From contig JBNJNM010000013.1 of the NCBI GenBank assembly GCA_052426225.1, positions 992,001-1,056,000 of the forward strand: a stretch of DNA of 64,000 nt, given 5' to 3'. Shown piece by piece: positions 60,923 through 64,000 of the stretch. Made by a program: the position numbers and the translations under genes. A model generated the notes under the pieces. That model saw nothing but the letters and a program-made list of their open reading frames with translations. It did no database searches and was not told the DNA's origin. Positions within the stretch are counted from its first letter, which is position 1; every line of letters begins with the position of its first letter. Origin of the DNA: Zancudomyces culisetae HAW-14-8. Its lineage: Eukaryota > Fungi > Kickxellomycota.

Positions 60923-61414
60923 TCTGGGTCTCTTTTCATAACTTTTACTAGTACTACTATTACTCCCACTACCATTATTATTATTATTATTACTATTACG
61001 ACCACACTATACCTCATTTTGGGTTTGTTGTCAGTTACAAGCCTATCTCCATGTCTCCCCTCTTTCTTTAAAAAAAGTAATAAAAAATCTTGGCTTCAGT
61101 TTGTGTTTATTTCAACTTTCGATTTTCATTATTGTTTTAATATCATAGTGGCCATACTACACTATTGCGTTTCAAGTATTCATCAGGAGAAAGACAAATA
61201 TATTAACTTATTGAGTTCGATTTAGGAGTACAACATATCTTAAGCACCAAATTCAAACAAAAGACACATGTGCTTTTATCTTCAAATTGGAGCTACCCAA
61301 GGTATTAACAAATGTGTAATTAAAGTTGTAACAGAAAAAAGATTACACCAGATTTTAATAGAACTAGTAAGTACAGAGTTAAATAAAGAAAATGTTAGTA
61401 AATGCAGGCCTGGT

Positions 61415-62912
61415 CTATTTGTGGTATTGCGACAAACACTTTGCAATGGACATACCAATGGCGTTTTGGTACAGCGACAGCCTGTTTTTCATATCAGTAT
61501 AGAGCATATTTGCCTCGTTCACTTCGTTTTGGAATCGGATTTTGAGTGCCTCGAAGTCAGTCTTGTCCTTCTCAACATCTTTCATTCCAACTTCGTACTT
61601 TTTCAAAATCTCTTCAATCATGCTTTCTATTTTCATCTTATCCTCGTGTTTTGAGTTGACTTTTTCTTTCAGTAACTCAACCTTGTTGATTTTTTGTGCC
61701 TCTAACCGATCAATCTTCTCAATACATGCTGCCAAAAAGAACTTTAAGTTGTCCTCCTTGTTTTTCATGATGTTGAGTTCAGATGTGGCCTGGGTTATAA
61801 TTTCATTGTGACTGCTAACCTCAAGCTCCAATTCTTTTCGTCTGTCGCGAATTTCCAGGTTTTCCAATACCATTTTATAAAAGTGGTCCTGATCTACTTC
61901 CAACTCCTCTAACCTACTGTTCCCGCTTTCAAACTGCTTTAGCAACTCGTTTTTTGTGCTAATAAGCTGCTTGACATTTTCGAGCGATTTTTTTAGCTCG
62001 ATTTTCCCCATTTTGACTTTCTCAGGGCTGTATACGATCTGAGATTTAAGTTCCGCTATTTGACTATGGTTTTCATTGGCTTTACTTCGGATCGGTACGA
62101 GCCTTTCTTCGATCGTCTCTTGGTCTTCTCGCAATGGATCTAACTCCTCAACGAGTTTATGTTGCTTTTGCTGTAACAGCTTGATCTTCCCTTCCAGCTC
62201 TGAAAACGCCTTCAGCTCTTCAGCTACCTGTGGTTGCTCTATATCCAGCTGTCTTTCCGATTCCTCCAGCATTTTCATGAGATTTTCCTCTTCTTGAATC
62301 AAAGCCTTGTATTTTTTCATATTTTTTTCGTTTTCCATCGCATATTTCTCTAATACAACCATTCTTTCATCTCTAAACATTGCAAAATTACACGACTCGC
62401 TCAGAAACTTCTTGATATTCCCCGGATCTGGCCTGATCAGATCCGACACCAATACGTCTGCGGTCCCTATCTGCCACATCAAATTACTCCTATTGTATAA
62501 ATAATAGCATTATTTCTGCTTGCTGGTGTTTTTGCTTTAGAGCAAGATATTCATACACTGGATCTTATTCCACTAAGAGTTAATCCCAGCTGATAGTTTG
62601 CTTTTCATATGTTTTACAACGATAGTAAAAAAAAAAAGAAGCTTACATTGCCTTTTTGAAAATAAAAAAATTTGTAACTTCCTCCAAGGGTTCAGGGTAA
62701 TCAAATGTTTGACGATAGTAATCTTGGATATAGCTAAATACATTATTTGAATCGTATGAGCAAAGCTCAAACATAAGCGAATCGAAAATATACTCTATAT
62801 TCTGAATTGTTGGTCTAGTCAAATCGTCTTCTGTTATCGTTATACCCATTCTATCCAGAGAATATGCAATATCTGCAGTTTGCAACTGCGGCACATAATT
62901 TATTCGAACCAT
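61415..62912 (-). CDS. NUF2: Kinetochore Ndc80-complex subunit Nuf2; exon 1 62912-62647, exon 2 62489-61415
   Basis: N-terminal 'PQL...I...L..MGITITEDDLTRPT' and 'DLIRPD...KKFLS..CNFAMFRDER', followed by a long coiled coil. Confidence 0.82.
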
Positions 62913-64000
62913 TCTTCCAATTTCCGTGATTGTATTAACAGAGAAATATTATAGTTGTATATTTAGCATTCGACCATTCGAAATACTCTCGTTTACAGAT
63001 ATTATTGTAGAAATTTTTTTTAAGGGATCTTTCTGTTTGTATTACAAAATTAGAATGAATAAAAAGGAATTTAAAGCAATCTCGCTACCTGTACTCTATT
63101 TAACAATTGCTTGATTAACTCACAATTGTACAATGATATTGTGCGTGAAAATATTACTCACCATTTATTGGCCACAGATATTTATGTAAATACTAAATAG
63201 AGTTACCATTGGATAATACTAAAGTATATCTCTGTCATTTTGTTTTACCATAGTTTCTCGACTAAAGCTCGCAATATGAAATAGAGTGTTGCCCAAGAAA
63301 TGAACCAAGTGATCAAGAATAACAGTATGGCTATAGAAAGGTTGGACGATATTGGTCAAAATTGCGAGGAGGATAAGCGATTAACTGCTTTTCATGCTAC
63401 TACTCACCTACACACGAGGCGGACTGTATTACTAAACACATTAGTATCGCTCTGCACTACCAATGCCGCTACCGATGCACTCATCAAGAGCTATGATCTC
63501 ACCATTGTAAAATCTTCACTAGCCCACTTCATGTGTTGACACCCTTTCTTTTCCCTTCCCTAAACGTAACCTGTAAACTGAAATGTTTTGTTTTTTAGCT
63601 TTTATTTTACTTATTTTCCATGTTTTTTGGCTAATGTTTGTTTACATTTTTGGTGTAAAAAAAATTTAGGAAAATCGATACATTTGGTGTTTTTTCGATG
63701 TAGTAACAACAGAGTAGACAAAATAATATTCAACGTGCATAACAAAACATAAATACGCAAAACGATAAGAACATAGCAAATTATACCAAAGTCTGAAAAG
63801 GAGTTCCGGAAGTCACACAGAAGGATACCATACAAACTATAAAAAAGAGAGAAAAAAAAGAATGTCCTCGAGCGATCTAAATTCTGCTTCAAAATGGGTT
63901 ACAAACTCTAATGAGGCTGTCCTGATTAGATTATGTATGTATTGAACCTTGTTATCTCTTCAGCGTGTGTAATTGAATCTTTTGATCTTTTTATATACTC

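Noticed and set aside
63300-63539. 79-aa ORF near the window end
   Set aside because: No recognisable features; cannot be supported from sequence alone.

Overview
A gene-dense, AT-rich eukaryotic window with short GT-AG introns. The gene set is fungal. An early-diverging lineage such as Kickxellomycotina/Harpellales (insect-gut fungi) is a plausible guess, but the sequence does not prove it. About 18 genes are recognisable housekeeping or family-level calls: COG4, ERCC8/CSA, an Srp1-like SR splicing factor, PPT1, an STK32/YANK-like kinase, TSR4/PDCD2L, a MARVEL protein, RAD4/XPC, NOC3, URA7, a PX-domain protein, SYF2, MET3, a GDSL esterase, LSM12, a TVP15-like protein, a long-chain acyl-CoA synthetase and NUF2. 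The standout is a two-exon gene (15541..6471, minus strand) whose first exon is missed by the ORF track. It encodes a predicted secreted protein of about 2949 aa: signal peptide, three pacifastin-like Cys knots, many dibasic (Kex2-type) sites, and three modules. Each module has a related hydrophobic head motif followed by a different acidic or hydroxyl-rich polymer (poly-Ser/Tyr; DSST/ESST; TETDTT then about 440 TTTD units). No C-terminal anchor is visible. It is a candidate processed adhesive or matrix polyprotein. Secondary points: MET3 lacks the APS-kinase-like domain, RAD4 is C-terminally short and its stop lies 7 bp from the NOC3 stop, RRPE-like A/T tracts precede the three growth/ribosome-biogenesis genes, and COG4 may have a GC-AG intron. 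I found no supportable tRNA, rRNA, CRISPR array or mobile element.
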